From IMG/VR virus record IMGVR_UViG_3300020577_008970: 64,000 nt of DNA. One strand, given 5' to 3'. Each line of letters starts with the position of its first letter. Position 1 is the first letter of the stretch. Both the position numbers and the translations under genes were made by a program. This DNA is from an uncultured virus (IMG/VR IMGVR_UViG_3300020577_008970). Its lineage: Duplodnaviria; Heunggongvirae; Uroviricota; Caudoviricetes. Positions 27,825 to 38,009 of the stretch are shown in pieces. The notes under the pieces were generated by a model. That model was given only the letters and a program-made list of their open reading frames with translations. It was not told the origin of the DNA and made no database searches.

Positions 27825-28874
27825 TTAACCGTTTCGAAGCTGTTCGACAGCTTTTCTGTACTGTTTGATTAGATCGCTATCTTCAGGAATACCTTGCGCA
27901 ATAGCTTCTTTGATTCTTCGTTCCATGTTTGAAACATACACGCCGATGAAGCTAGCTTTAGAATTTTCGACGAATTGATTTATCACTTTCTCTTTTTCGT
28001 CATCTGGCATTTTCTTGAAATTTTCATCATCAAGCAATCCCTTATCGATATTTGGAACTAATCTTGCCAGGTCATCTAACGATTGCACAGCTCGTACAGC
28101 TTTAGCTTTTTCACTGAGACGTGTCCATATTCGACCCATCGATGTTGTGATGCCTGAACGCATTAGCGTGAAACCTGCGCTGGACGACAAGACTTTATTG
28201 ATCTCTGAATCGCTAGCAAGATCCTTCATTCGATCTTTAAGCTCAGCTTTATCTTTTTTCTTATCGCCAGTAGACTTAGCGATCTTGATTCCTTCTTTCC
28301 CGGCAGGATCTTCGACGATTCCGTACTTGTGAAGCAAATTTCTGAGAACAGATACGTTGTCTCCTCCGCAGAGTGTCTCTAAAAATCCGAGAGCAGCTCC
28401 AGGAGAAGCTTTGGCAACAGCTGCCGTGATATACGTCGAAGGTGACATTAAAAATGCTGCCAACTTGACATCTCCAGTGATCCAACCTGCAATAGACTTT
28501 GGGTCGTTCTTGTCACCAAAAATATCCTTGAATTTAGCCTCATATTCTTTCATGGCTGCATCATGCTCTTGAAAGATACTATCGAAATCAGCCTCAGCAT
28601 CTTTAATGATTACCTGCGCTGCTTTTTTGAACACATTTAGCAACATTCTCGAGCTCATCCCAACTTGATCAGCTGCAGTCTTGATTGTATCCCACGTATC
28701 TGTGAAGACTTTTCCCATCGCCCCGAAGCCGCCAAAGTTCATCCCGCCATGCTGACCGCCCATCATACCGTAAGCACCACCTCCGTAGCCAGCTCCGCCG
28801 GTATCATCTTCAGACAATAGCTTTTGGATGTACTCTCTAAGAAGTTGTTCTTCGATTCGCCTTTTTAATTGCAT
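27825..28874 (-). CDS. Hypothetical protein, possibly head-associated
   Basis: N-terminal LLREYIQKLLSE motif then Gly-rich linker. Confidence 0.7.
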   Translation of the reverse strand: MQLKRRIEEQLLREYIQKLLSEDDTGGAGYGGGAYGMMGGQHGGMNFGGFGAMGKVFTDTWDTIKTAADQVGMSSRMLLNVFKKAAQVIIKDAEADFDSIFQEHDAAMKEYEAKFKDIFGDKNDPKSIAGWITGDVKLAAFLMSPSTYITAAVAKASPGAALGFLETLCGGDNVSVLRNLLHKYGIVEDPAGKEGIKIAKSTGDKKKDKAELKDRMKDLASDSEINKVLSSSAGFTLMRSGITTSMGRIWTRLSEKAKAVRAVQSLDDLARLVPNIDKGLLDDENFKKMPDDEKEKVINQFVENSKASFIGVYVSNMERRIKEAIAQGIPEDSDLIKQYRKAVEQLRNG

Positions 28875-28875
28875 A

Positions 28876-29307
28876 TCATGCCACTTTTTCTCGTAATGAA
28901 TTTTTCAAAATTGTGATTGCTGTTTCCACAATCGCTACCTGATAATCAACGATTGCAGGTAACTTATCGTAATGGAACCATCTGACTTCAGCATTTTCTC
29001 CATCATGGGCCACAACATCGTGTAATGTATTCTGTCGTGCAAGAAAAGATTTCAACGTTTTGATCTTTTTATCATCTTGCATAACAATCACATCTGGAAG
29101 ACGTTGTTCTAATTCAGGTGTGAAGCCTGTTTCTTCGATAGTTTCTCTCATTGCACAATCGAAAATAGTCTCGCCAGGTTCTCGATGGCCTTTTGGAATT
29201 CCCCATGAAGTTCGTTTCTTGCTACGAACTAAAAGTACTTCATATCCATCTTCATATAATGATTCACGATACAAGCAGGTCCCACAAGTTGTTATCTTTT
29301 TTCGCAT
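28876..29307 (-). CDS. NUDIX hydrolase
   Basis: PKGHREPGETIFDCAMRETIEETG Nudix box. Confidence 0.92.
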   Translation of the reverse strand: MRKKITTCGTCLYRESLYEDGYEVLLVRSKKRTSWGIPKGHREPGETIFDCAMRETIEETGFTPELEQRLPDVIVMQDDKKIKTLKSFLARQNTLHDVVAHDGENAEVRWFHYDKLPAIVDYQVAIVETAITILKNSLREKVA

Positions 29308-29329
29308 CGAATTAAATTATCTGCAAGCT

Positions 29330-29770
29330 TTACTTAGATTTTTTAAGTTCGCCTTCAACATCGATCAATTGACCCGCCCCTCGTCTGGCATCAATCTCGA
29401 AAGGATTCGAATAGTAATGATTCGAATTTCTGCAACCAAGCCAAATTGTGATCAAGTTCAAAAAATACATAATCGGTTGGAATATGCCAAGACGCATACA
29501 TTGCCAAGCATGTTCATTTTCGTGAACAATGGCTGGTTCAATGCGATCATATGTGCCCTTTACCACAACAACATTTCCAATTGCGTGACCTACGAATGTT
29601 CCCCACATTTTTTGCAAGAACTTAGGTGTGATGGTCTCATTCCATTCCCATACCATCGATACATCATGAAAACGCTTCCAGCGATACCATCCGAAAAGCC
29701 AAAATAGCAAAACATACATCAACCCGAAAAATGTAACCGGACTTGCCCAGATATATCCAAGAACCTTCAT
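29330..29770 (-). CDS. Membrane protein with HExxH metallopeptidase motif
   Basis: N-terminal TM, HENEH, NPFEIDA. Confidence 0.7.
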   Translation of the reverse strand: MKVLGYIWASPVTFFGLMYVLLFWLFGWYRWKRFHDVSMVWEWNETITPKFLQKMWGTFVGHAIGNVVVVKGTYDRIEPAIVHENEHAWQCMRLGIFQPIMYFLNLITIWLGCRNSNHYYSNPFEIDARRGAGQLIDVEGELKKSK

Positions 29771-29804
29771 CAGAATCCCTCGTTCCCGCCTATAATTATC
29801 AGCA

Positions 29805-30392
29805 ATGAAGATCGGGTTAGTACCTATGTCTGCAAAACCTTTTCACGCTGGCCATAAAGCGTTAATCGACCTTGCAGCAAAAGAATGCGACAAAGTAATC
29901 GTCTATGTTAGCACGTCAGATAGAAAGAAAAAGGGAGAGTTTGCCGTTTCGGGCGAAACGATGTCTTCGATATGGAAAGATGACATAGAACAATCGCTAC
30001 CAGGCAATGTCGAAATCATTTACGGCGGCATGCCAGTTCGACATGCATATGAAGAACTGCAGAAAGCGAATGAAGAAGGCAGCCGAAATACTTACGCGAT
30101 TTACTCTGACTCTGGGGATATTGCAGGAAACTTTCCAGACAAATCACTTTCAAAGTATGCTGGACAACTCTTCGATAATGATCAAATCATCACAAGAGGA
30201 ATTTCTAGAAAAGACAAACAAACTGTTGATGTAAGCGGAACAGCAATGAGACAATGGCTGGCTAATGGCGATAAAGAAAACTTTATCAAGCACTTACCAG
30301 CAAATATGGATGGTGAAAAGATTTGGAAAAAACTGCGGAATGAATCGCTATTGCGATCTTATGTTTCGCTAATCATCTCATCTCATCACTAA
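29805..30392 (+). CDS. HIGH-family nucleotidyl/cytidylyltransferase-like protein
   Basis: KPFHAGH and VSGTAMR motifs. Confidence 0.85.
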   Translation: MKIGLVPMSAKPFHAGHKALIDLAAKECDKVIVYVSTSDRKKKGEFAVSGETMSSIWKDDIEQSLPGNVEIIYGGMPVRHAYEELQKANEEGSRNTYAIYSDSGDIAGNFPDKSLSKYAGQLFDNDQIITRGISRKDKQTVDVSGTAMRQWLANGDKENFIKHLPANMDGEKIWKKLRNESLLRSYVSLIISSHH

Positions 30393-32709
30393 GACTTGCA
30401 TACGCATATCTTGGCACACCTTGCGAAATTCTAACGAATTTAAACATATCATATGCTGTATCTTTACTTTCGTATTGAAAGCCTGTTGGTGAAACAACAA
30501 ACACGCCATCGACTTCACTAAATACTTTTTGAGGCCGCATGATATTTGCCACGTAATCGGCAAATGATGCTTCATCAAAAATCGGATCTGACAATACCGA
30601 ATATAAAACTAACTCATCATCTTTATCAGAGAGTAAATCGTCAGCAGAAGTTTTTAATAACCGTTTTGCATAACTGACTATGTCAATGAACTCTTCCTCA
30701 TTCACGTCGATGCTTTTATTGCCAAACGAAATATTAGTGATCCGTTTTAAATCTTGTTCTCTAACACCTCGAATCGATGATCGCAGATCTCTAATTTGAT
30801 TAAACGTGACAGCCAATGTTGCTAACTCTTTCGCACTAATCTCACCTTTAAGATACTTGTTAGCATTTTCTAGAAACCTATCGATATTTTTCTTGATTCC
30901 TTGAAAAATTACTGTATTGCTTCCCTTTATTTTCGTTTTTGTAGCAACATCTAACTCCGTATAAATGCTCGAATATTCTTTGAACGTTTGTATTACGCCG
31001 AATAGCTGTTCTTGCAATTCTGAGAATACTTCAGCACCTTTTGTTCCTGGGCGGATTTCAATTAATTTTGTTAATTCATCTTTATCATTCTTTTTCCAGC
31101 CCATCTGCTTAACTTCGTATTTTTGGCTGCCAACTTCAATATCATATGATTCGCTTCCTCCCATTATGCGGCCACCTAAAATACTTGCTAATAATCGTTC
31201 ACCATTGCCTTCACCTTTGCCAAGCGCATTAAATGACACATCATTAATATCTTGTGAAATTTCATCCCAACGATGAAACTTTCCATCTGTGATATCGGCT
31301 ACATTTAGCTGTTTTTGTGATCGTTTAATTTGCGCAGTTTGTTCGACTTCTTTGTCTAAAAGATCTTCTCCGGTAGATATTTCAGCAGCTGTGTCTGGAT
31401 TTAAATCGGCGGTGGGGTTTTGCTTGTTTGCTTTCTTTTGCTTTGTACCTTCGCCTTTTTCAAGCAGAAGTTGTTCCAAGATAAACTTTTGAATTAGCGA
31501 CTCTTTCATACTACCAAACTTAAATAATCCAAGCAATTGGTTAATCGGGGCGAACATGCCAGTGAACTTGTAAGCATTGCCCTTGTACATAAAGACGATT
31601 CCCTCGATTGCTGCAACAGCACCGTCAAGTTGTTCAAGCTTTGGCAATTGTTTCGCTAATACATCTAAAGCATTAGCATTGCCTGATGATGAGATCTTCG
31701 ATATTGCACTTGAAACTTGACCATGGAGCCTAGCAGTTTCTTCGTCAGGATTATCAATCAACGTTGAAGAGATTCCCTTTAGCAGCTCAACAGAAAATTT
31801 GTGCACAGCAGATTCGATGGGCTGAATCGCTTTTTTCATCAGTTGGTCTGCTTGTTTCACATATTGCTGAATCGCAGCATACTCTTCTTTTGAAGCTAAT
31901 TTTTTAATGTCATTTAGTGATGTACCAGCACCTACACACCTTGAAATAACTGCATCAAGCAAAATATCATTTTCGATCTTTAACTTCGCAATATCTTTTC
32001 TGATATATTCTGTCAGATATTCTTGTATTGTGCTTGAATCGGAGCATCCTACAGAAGAAGCTGCTGACGAAATACTTGCCGCAGCAGATGAAGCCGCAGA
32101 CCCATTCGAAATCTTATTCAATGAAACGATTGCTGGTCCGCGAACTTTCCACGTATCTTTTTGGATCGCATTTTGCATATCACCAAGATACGAGATTAAC
32201 ATTCCGACACGATCCTTTGAATCTTCTTTCTTTTGCTTCACATCGCTTGATGATTCTGTATCGAATGTTGGCCATGCGTGAAATACGATACTATTCCCAT
32301 CATAATGCAGCACATTTGGATTCTCGGAATACACGATCTCCATCGAATACCATCTTGTGCCATTCATTCCAAAAATATCAATTCTGACTTCTGGATCTAA
32401 TGCACCAAGCGACTGTCTCAACACATCATACGCAGATGAAAAGGCTGAAGATAAGTTTCCACGATTGGCAAACTTCGAAGCCAGAGCATCAGCATCCATA
32501 CCTCCGCCTTTAAGATCGCCACCATTGCGTGCGACCTTTAGATCACCCTCAGATTCATTCCACGTAAAGACAAGGTTGATTCCATCAAGCTTCTCAGAAA
32601 CTTTCTCTAAACTACCCTCAGAGGCAGAGAACAATATCTGCTTAATTTCACCGATCGTCAAATCTGGATTATCGTACAAATGAAATAAATGACCAACGAT
32701 CCCACCGAT
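30373..32709 (-). CDS. Conserved jumbo-phage protein (KxDG, DUF6267-like) fused to a possible PD-(D/E)XK domain; start possibly ATC 32709
   Basis: GGIVGHLFHLYD upstream of the annotated TTG; SEKLDG.N, EGIVF.Y.G..YKFTG.FAP.NQ; C-terminal GE...YDI...YEVK. Confidence 0.65.
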   Translation of the reverse strand: MGGIVGHLFHLYDNPDLTIGEIKQILFSASEGSLEKVSEKLDGINLVFTWNESEGDLKVARNGGDLKGGGMDADALASKFANRGNLSSAFSSAYDVLRQSLGALDPEVRIDIFGMNGTRWYSMEIVYSENPNVLHYDGNSIVFHAWPTFDTESSSDVKQKKEDSKDRVGMLISYLGDMQNAIQKDTWKVRGPAIVSLNKISNGSAASSAAASISSAASSVGCSDSSTIQEYLTEYIRKDIAKLKIENDILLDAVISRCVGAGTSLNDIKKLASKEEYAAIQQYVKQADQLMKKAIQPIESAVHKFSVELLKGISSTLIDNPDEETARLHGQVSSAISKISSSGNANALDVLAKQLPKLEQLDGAVAAIEGIVFMYKGNAYKFTGMFAPINQLLGLFKFGSMKESLIQKFILEQLLLEKGEGTKQKKANKQNPTADLNPDTAAEISTGEDLLDKEVEQTAQIKRSQKQLNVADITDGKFHRWDEISQDINDVSFNALGKGEGNGERLLASILGGRIMGGSESYDIEVGSQKYEVKQMGWKKNDKDELTKLIEIRPGTKGAEVFSELQEQLFGVIQTFKEYSSIYTELDVATKTKIKGSNTVIFQGIKKNIDRFLENANKYLKGEISAKELATLAVTFNQIRDLRSSIRGVREQDLKRITNISFGNKSIDVNEEEFIDIVSYAKRLLKTSADDLLSDKDDELVLYSVLSDPIFDEASFADYVANIMRPQKVFSEVDGVFVVSPTGFQYESKDTAYDMFKFVRISQGVPRYAYASLSDEMR

Positions 32710-32752
32710 AGTACACCAGACCCCTTTCGATCTCGCTCTAGATGTTGATTAA

Positions 32753-32950
32753 CTATTCCCCAAGCTGTTGTTCTGCTTGATTGTAGGCTGTCATGAACGA
32801 CGCCAACACGAACTCTTTTAGCGTTTCATCTGAAACGATGGCATCTTGCGCCAAACCGAAATGAATTCGTACTTTATTATAAAATTCTTGATTGCACTCA
32901 AGCTCTAGAGCTGCGCCATATGGCAATTCGAATGTCTTTTTTTCGTTCAT
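32753..32950 (-). CDS. Hypothetical protein
   Basis: 65-aa ORF. Confidence 0.55.
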   Translation of the reverse strand: MNEKKTFELPYGAALELECNQEFYNKVRIHFGLAQDAIVSDETLKEFVLASFMTAYNQAEQQLGE

Positions 32951-32972
32951 TCAGCAATTATATCGCGATGAC

Positions 32973-33560
32973 TTACTTTTTTACACTTACAGGAGGTGAA
33001 GTGTCTTCGATTGATGTCTTATTTTCGCCTTTTTTGATCACATTCGGCTTGACATGCTTCGTATTCTTCTCGTCAGATGTCGACATTTTTACATTTGTCG
33101 GATTATCCTTCGGTTCAGCAGCGTCTTCGCCCTCAACTGCACCAGTAACAATCTGCGAGATACCTGTCAAAAATGCCTGAAGTGCCTTGCGTTCGGCATC
33201 CTTTAGATCTGTATAGTACGCTTCCATTTCGGAATTGACTTCATCATCCTTGAATGAGCGGCCAGAACGAATCGCATTCAACTTTTTGATGACAGAGTCT
33301 AGCGAAATTTCATCATCACTCTTCGATGAGCCTTTAGATGGTGTACTTGAAACTTTTCCAAGACTTACTTGCTTAGACTTATCAGACTTATCACCTTCGT
33401 CTGAAGACTTGCTTGGTTCTTTCTTTTCTTCGCTATCGGCACCTGAATCGCTATCTGATCCGCCAAACAAACTCGAAAAATCGTTCTTGTCTTCTTTATA
33501 CAACGTCGCAATTTCTTTTTTGATTGCACGCTCGAGAATGTATAGCTCTTTAAGATTCAT
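32973..33560 (-). CDS. Hypothetical protein
   Basis: 195 aa; low-complexity linker followed by LNAIRSGRSFKD. Confidence 0.7.
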   Translation of the reverse strand: MNLKELYILERAIKKEIATLYKEDKNDFSSLFGGSDSDSGADSEEKKEPSKSSDEGDKSDKSKQVSLGKVSSTPSKGSSKSDDEISLDSVIKKLNAIRSGRSFKDDEVNSEMEAYYTDLKDAERKALQAFLTGISQIVTGAVEGEDAAEPKDNPTNVKMSTSDEKNTKHVKPNVIKKGENKTSIEDTSPPVSVKK

Positions 33561-33766
33561 TTTACTTTGATCCGATCATTTACATATCGCTCAGAATATC
33601 GTTTCATATATTTTCGTGACGGTGCTTCTTCGTCGAGATACTTCTTGTTCTCTTTAGCTTTCGACTCTTCTTGCTTTTCGCAATCACCAAGAAAGCGATC
33701 AAAAATTGTTTCTTCACGTTCGTCTGACATGGCTATATCCCTCGAGGTCCTCCATAAATATCGCAT
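33557..33766 (-). CDS. Hypothetical protein (start probably ATG near 33730)
   Basis: ATGA coupling to downstream gene. Confidence 0.5.
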   Translation of the reverse strand: MRYLWRTSRDIAMSDEREETIFDRFLGDCEKQEESKAKENKKYLDEEAPSRKYMKRYSERYVNDRIKVK

Positions 33767-34170
33767 GAATGTGACAATTTCACTGAATCTGGTACAACCT
33801 CTAACTGCACAAAATTTTCTTTTACAATTGCAATACTTTTTTTGAATTTTGCAAATTGCAATGATATTTTATTCCAGCTGTAATCGATAGTGAAACCTAA
33901 AACGACATCATAATCAGCTAAATTTACAAACTCTAAAACATACTCGATTCGATCTCTTGCTACTAACAATTTTTTTAGCTTGAATTCTATTGATTTGCTG
34001 TCATTAATTTGGAGAAAAACATCACAATTTGCAATTTGATTTGCATCATACTTTTGCAAATCAAGCAATCCTTTCAATGATTCGCTCATCAAAAGCGAAG
34101 ATTTCCCATCATCGACCATAGCACACATCTCGGTAGACTTGATCTGCGAAATTCGCATACTCTTTATCAA
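33733..34170 (-). CDS. Hypothetical protein
   Basis: ORF; start uncertain. Confidence 0.5.
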   Translation of the reverse strand: MIKSMRISQIKSTEMCAMVDDGKSSLLMSESLKGLLDLQKYDANQIANCDVFLQINDSKSIEFKLKKLLVARDRIEYVLEFVNLADYDVVLGFTIDYSWNKISLQFAKFKKSIAIVKENFVQLEVVPDSVKLSHSCDIYGGPRGI

Positions 34171-34477
34171 GCTCCGTTACTGTTTCGACACCTTTTGTTG
34201 AAAGAACTAACTCTACACACAGATCATCAATCGTCAATTTTGCACGATGCTGTGTTTCATTCTCATTTTCAAGCAATTCAGCAATAAAGCGATCTCGAAG
34301 AGAATGATTTCTAAAGTCGAATTGCTTAGAGATCATCTTTTTGTCTTCGCTTCTATTCCAACGATGCGAAGGCTTGAGTGGTGTATCTGTAAACTTTGGT
34401 GCAACAGGAAGTGAATTCCGATTCAACGTAACTCGGTCATCTAAATAACCTTCTACTAATCTTGCTACGCTTTTCAT
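34109..34477 (-). CDS. Pterin-4a-carbinolamine dehydratase-like protein
   Basis: KQFDF...F...L..E...QH..LTI...VTELD...A..AD fold pattern; canonical HHP degenerate. Confidence 0.7.
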   Translation of the reverse strand: MKSVARLVEGYLDDRVTLNRNSLPVAPKFTDTPLKPSHRWNRSEDKKMISKQFDFRNHSLRDRFIAELLENENETQHRAKLTIDDLCVELVLSTKGVETVTELDKEYANFADQVYRDVCYGR

Positions 34478-34499
34478 TCATCCACACTTGAGTTGTTCA

Positions 34500-35234
34500 T
34501 TAAAGATCAACAATACCACCCACAATCGTGGGAGCTGTTTTTGTGAAGTTATTCGACCAAACAGTCAATTGTCTATCTATTATACAAGACCCACCTGAGA
34601 TTGTGTTTTTATCTTCATGAATAACATTAGAGATAACAACAGCAGCTTGCGTTGATTCTGCTAATGAAACCCACTTCGAATCGGGGACATTGACTAGATC
34701 AGCATTCATTGGAACGCAAATCACATCAACATCTTTGCTTCTATAAAACTTCGAATCTCGATTTTCCTCGACATTTTTCACATCTTGCGATAACAACACG
34801 CCAATTCTACATGCATTATGAACAATAAGCGGATGTGAAAAATTCTTTGCGGCTTTTGCCCACATGAAATCAGAACCTTCGAGATTACATTTTCTCGAAT
34901 TCCCAATCAATCCGGTTGGGCCCACAACAGCAGCTGAATTGTACAGAATGCCATCTTCTAGCTCAGGATATCCAAAAACAACTACACCATTATACTTCCT
35001 GCATAATGACATAAAAGCTTCTGTCTGATATCCATTCGACTGCTGCGCGCAAAACATCATGTCATTTTTCGATAGACCCTGGCCGGCTAAGCATAGTTCG
35101 GGTAATACGACAATTCGAGCACCTTTTACGAAGGCTTCAAAAACATATTGTTGTGCTGTGTGCAAATTCGCTGTAACATCTCCCGTTATTGGACTGAATT
35201 GCACAGCAGCTACGACAACTTGATTTTGGCTCAT
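34500..35234 (-). CDS. Carbon-nitrogen hydrolase (nitrilase family), catalytic Cys apparently replaced by Ser
   Basis: AAVQ, VLPEL, YNSA, RK and GVLLSQD. Confidence 0.85.
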   Translation of the reverse strand: MSQNQVVVAAVQFSPITGDVTANLHTAQQYVFEAFVKGARIVVLPELCLAGQGLSKNDMMFCAQQSNGYQTEAFMSLCRKYNGVVVFGYPELEDGILYNSAAVVGPTGLIGNSRKCNLEGSDFMWAKAAKNFSHPLIVHNACRIGVLLSQDVKNVEENRDSKFYRSKDVDVICVPMNADLVNVPDSKWVSLAESTQAAVVISNVIHEDKNTISGGSCIIDRQLTVWSNNFTKTAPTIVGGIVDL

Positions 35235-36256
35235 TTTTTAAAGTTCTTGACATTTTGCGATGTCATTTGTCGAATTTGATTGAAACTCAGCTTGCCATTT
35301 GCTTTAACTAACTCTAAGCCATATGCTTTAGCTGCTTTACTATAGTTGTCATCGACGTAATCAACGAAATCCGGATCATTTTGGTGATTCTTTAGAAAAT
35401 ACTGCTGGAATGTCTGAATTTCTGGCTGATCTTCAAATAATGACAACACACTCTTAGGAGGTTGATTTTTCAAAAACTCTGCATCATCTTGATCAATCAA
35501 CTCATCATCTTGTAATTGTTGCAAATAATCAGCAAAAATACCCTGGCGTTCTGCTGGAGGAAGACTTTCGAGATATCGCTCTGCAGCTACACCCAAAAAT
35601 ACTTTACCTTGTGCCATACCTTGCACGTGCTGGATTTCAGATGCATGACCTCGTGTTGACAGATCTACTTGCGATTCGCCATCACGATTTATCTGCTTGC
35701 GTTTTTCTTTTTCTGGTTTGACTTCATCGTCATCTTCTTCAGAATCAAGCTCAAGATCATCATCTTCTTCAGCATCTGCAACAGCTGCACCGTATTTCTT
35801 GGCAGCGCTATTTGCCAACTCTGTATCGTGCTGAGCTAACCACTTTTCAGCATCGACACCGGCATGAGGATCTTCACTGCGATCCCACTGATCTAGCGGT
35901 GTATCTTTTGGTGCAGCTTCATTTAGATAAGCACGAATCAATGATCTAAGCTGTTTCTCGGTCATCTTTAATCCCATAACATTCTCGTTTGTTAGTAAAC
36001 TGTCGTCACGATTCTTGTTCAGTTCATTATCAATCAAGTCCATAATTTGTTTATAAATTTGTGGAACATGATCGTCATCTAAACTTCGTAACTTCGATGC
36101 AACAACATTCGATAATTCAACACTATCGACAGGAGTACGCTCGACGTAATCTAATTGTGAATCGTGAAACATTTGCTCTGCATTATATTTCGCAGTCACA
36201 GGCAAATCAACTTCACCATGTTCAATTAGTTGCCTGATATAATTTCTTAAATTCAC
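35231..36256 (-). CDS. Hypothetical acidic protein
   Basis: 341 aa; two LRxxIRxxxxE motifs. Confidence 0.7.
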   Translation of the reverse strand: MNLRNYIRQLIEHGEVDLPVTAKYNAEQMFHDSQLDYVERTPVDSVELSNVVASKLRSLDDDHVPQIYKQIMDLIDNELNKNRDDSLLTNENVMGLKMTEKQLRSLIRAYLNEAAPKDTPLDQWDRSEDPHAGVDAEKWLAQHDTELANSAAKKYGAAVADAEEDDDLELDSEEDDDEVKPEKEKRKQINRDGESQVDLSTRGHASEIQHVQGMAQGKVFLGVAAERYLESLPPAERQGIFADYLQQLQDDELIDQDDAEFLKNQPPKSVLSLFEDQPEIQTFQQYFLKNHQNDPDFVDYVDDNYSKAAKAYGLELVKANGKLSFNQIRQMTSQNVKNFKK

Positions 36257-36283
36257 TTTTAAAATCTCTGCACAATTAAATAA

Positions 36284-36751
36284 TCACTTCTTGTTCTGGT
36301 TGACATTAAATTTTGCGTCGGTAAATCTTCTTCCGAAGTATAACGCAAGGATAGGTGTGAAATATACACCAGCTGCACCAACATCGAATGGACGAATCGA
36401 TACTGATCCGATCTTTTCAACAGCAGATACGATGTACATCAATGTTGTTACCCAAAAAGAAACAGCCACGAGTGTAACAGATACAGACGGATAGCCTGTC
36501 GTATCTTTAACCCATAACCAACCCGCTTTGGGTTTTTCTGCATCAGACAATAACGGATCTTGATTTCGAACTTCTTGCGGCACTGGTACTAATTGTGTAT
36601 CGGCAGTAGATATTGGTGTGACTGTTGTCGAAGCCGGCGTGGTGGGGGATGCTGCTACTGTCGGCAAAGGTGGAGGTGTCGGAGGTGTCGGTGCTTGATT
36701 TCCTGTTTGGACTGCTTGAACCGTATTCACAACAGCATCTAAAATGCCCAT
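36284..36751 (-). CDS. Membrane protein, holin-like
   Basis: Pro/Thr-rich N-terminus, D..G.PS motif, two TM segments, YFGRR. Confidence 0.55.
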   Translation of the reverse strand: MGILDAVVNTVQAVQTGNQAPTPPTPPPLPTVAASPTTPASTTVTPISTADTQLVPVPQEVRNQDPLLSDAEKPKAGWLWVKDTTGYPSVSVTLVAVSFWVTTLMYIVSAVEKIGSVSIRPFDVGAAGVYFTPILALYFGRRFTDAKFNVNQNKK

Positions 36752-36759
36752 ATCTTCCT

Positions 36760-37407
36760 CTAATTTACTGCTCTCGAGATAGCGTACCCAGTCAACACTG
36801 TCAATCCTATACCGACAAGTAACCCTAGGCCGCCCCAGAAGTAAATATTTGGTCGATCTTTTTCTGCTTGCTCTAATCTCTTCTGCAAAGAAAGAATTTC
36901 TTCAGACTTTGACTTTATCATTGCATCGGATATAGCCGTCTGCTTTGCACAATCTGACCTAAGCAAATCCATTTGCAACGTACACTTAGCTTTTTCTTGA
37001 CCTATTACACGATCCAATTCAAGTGCGCATGTATTCTTGGCAAAATCCAAGTCAACTTTGATCTGTGCCACAGCGATCGAATTCAGTAACAATCCTGGCC
37101 ACGGTGCCTTCTCACCAAGTTTCAATGGCTTGATTAGTGGAACAAGCTTCGGATCTGTTGAAGATGTTGTTGGACCGATATACGGTGTCGATGTATATGA
37201 AGCTAGTAATATATCGGTCGTAGATGTTGTTGTTTTGACTTGAGATGAACTTGCTTTTGTCGATGTGGTTGTAGGTTGTCCATACGACAAGTTGCAATAG
37301 AGTGTGATCTGGAGGAATATCAGAAGTAGTGAAAGTGCTTTACTGATCGACGACGATCGTAAATCCAGTCGATTCATGTAATCTTTTTGCAAGCTCATTT
37401 GGATCAT
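36760..37407 (-). CDS. Secreted/membrane coiled-coil protein, possible spanin-like
   Basis: Signal-like segment, APWPGLLL, coiled coil, C-terminal TM. Confidence 0.55.
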   Translation of the reverse strand: MIQMSLQKDYMNRLDLRSSSISKALSLLLIFLQITLYCNLSYGQPTTTSTKASSSQVKTTTSTTDILLASYTSTPYIGPTTSSTDPKLVPLIKPLKLGEKAPWPGLLLNSIAVAQIKVDLDFAKNTCALELDRVIGQEKAKCTLQMDLLRSDCAKQTAISDAMIKSKSEEILSLQKRLEQAEKDRPNIYFWGGLGLLVGIGLTVLTGYAISRAVN

Positions 37408-37732
37408 CCTTCGATTCTTGAATAATTTTGATTACTTCGGCGCGTTTGGCTCTATCAAGTTCTAATTGTGCTTCTGTATATCGCTTTTCGATTTGCGCTA
37501 ACGTAGCTTGCAATTTTTCATATGCAACTTTATCATCATCGATCTGCTTTTCGTAACCTTTTTTGATCGCGTTGATTTCTTCATCATGACGCTTTTTTGT
37601 TTCATTAAGAACATCTGTCAAAGTTTGCGTTCTTGACTTGAATAGGAAATAACCTGCAATAAAAACTGCGGCTGTAACTAGAATTTGCCAATATTTCTTG
37701 ATATTTTCCCAAACCAATTGTAACGTCAACAT
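37340..37732 (-). CDS. N-terminal TM coiled-coil protein, possible i-spanin-like
   Basis: TM WQILVTAAVFIAGYFLF followed by coiled coil. Confidence 0.55.
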   Translation of the reverse strand: MLTLQLVWENIKKYWQILVTAAVFIAGYFLFKSRTQTLTDVLNETKKRHDEEINAIKKGYEKQIDDDKVAYEKLQATLAQIEKRYTEAQLELDRAKRAEVIKIIQESKDDPNELAKRLHESTGFTIVVDQ

Positions 37733-37733
37733 A

Positions 37734-38009
37734 TCAATTCATATCTCTCTTATCAGGAGGAGGAAGATAGTCCTTCAAGTATACTGACAGTTTCGGATCA
37801 TTTTGCATGAGCAATCCGCAGATCGTGTACAGATCAATGATCATCTTTTTTTGGTCGATAATCTCTGTCGCAAGATGTGTTGCCGATTCTGCAATCAACT
37901 TGACAGAATTTTCTATTGCATCTAAACGAACCAAAACTTGCTTCATCGCTTCCGATTCAGACTTGTCGATTATCTTCTTTAGAAAATTCTTCATCATCGA
38001 ACTATTCAC
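37734..38009 (-). CDS. Hypothetical protein
   Basis: 91-aa ORF. Confidence 0.55.
   Translation of the reverse strand: MNSSMMKNFLKKIIDKSESEAMKQVLVRLDAIENSVKLIAESATHLATEIIDQKKMIIDLYTICGLLMQNDPKLSVYLKDYLPPPDKRDMN

Noticed and set aside
29060..29707. 215-aa plus-strand ORF and other antisense ORFs in the track
   Set aside because: They shadow well-supported minus-strand genes and show no motifs
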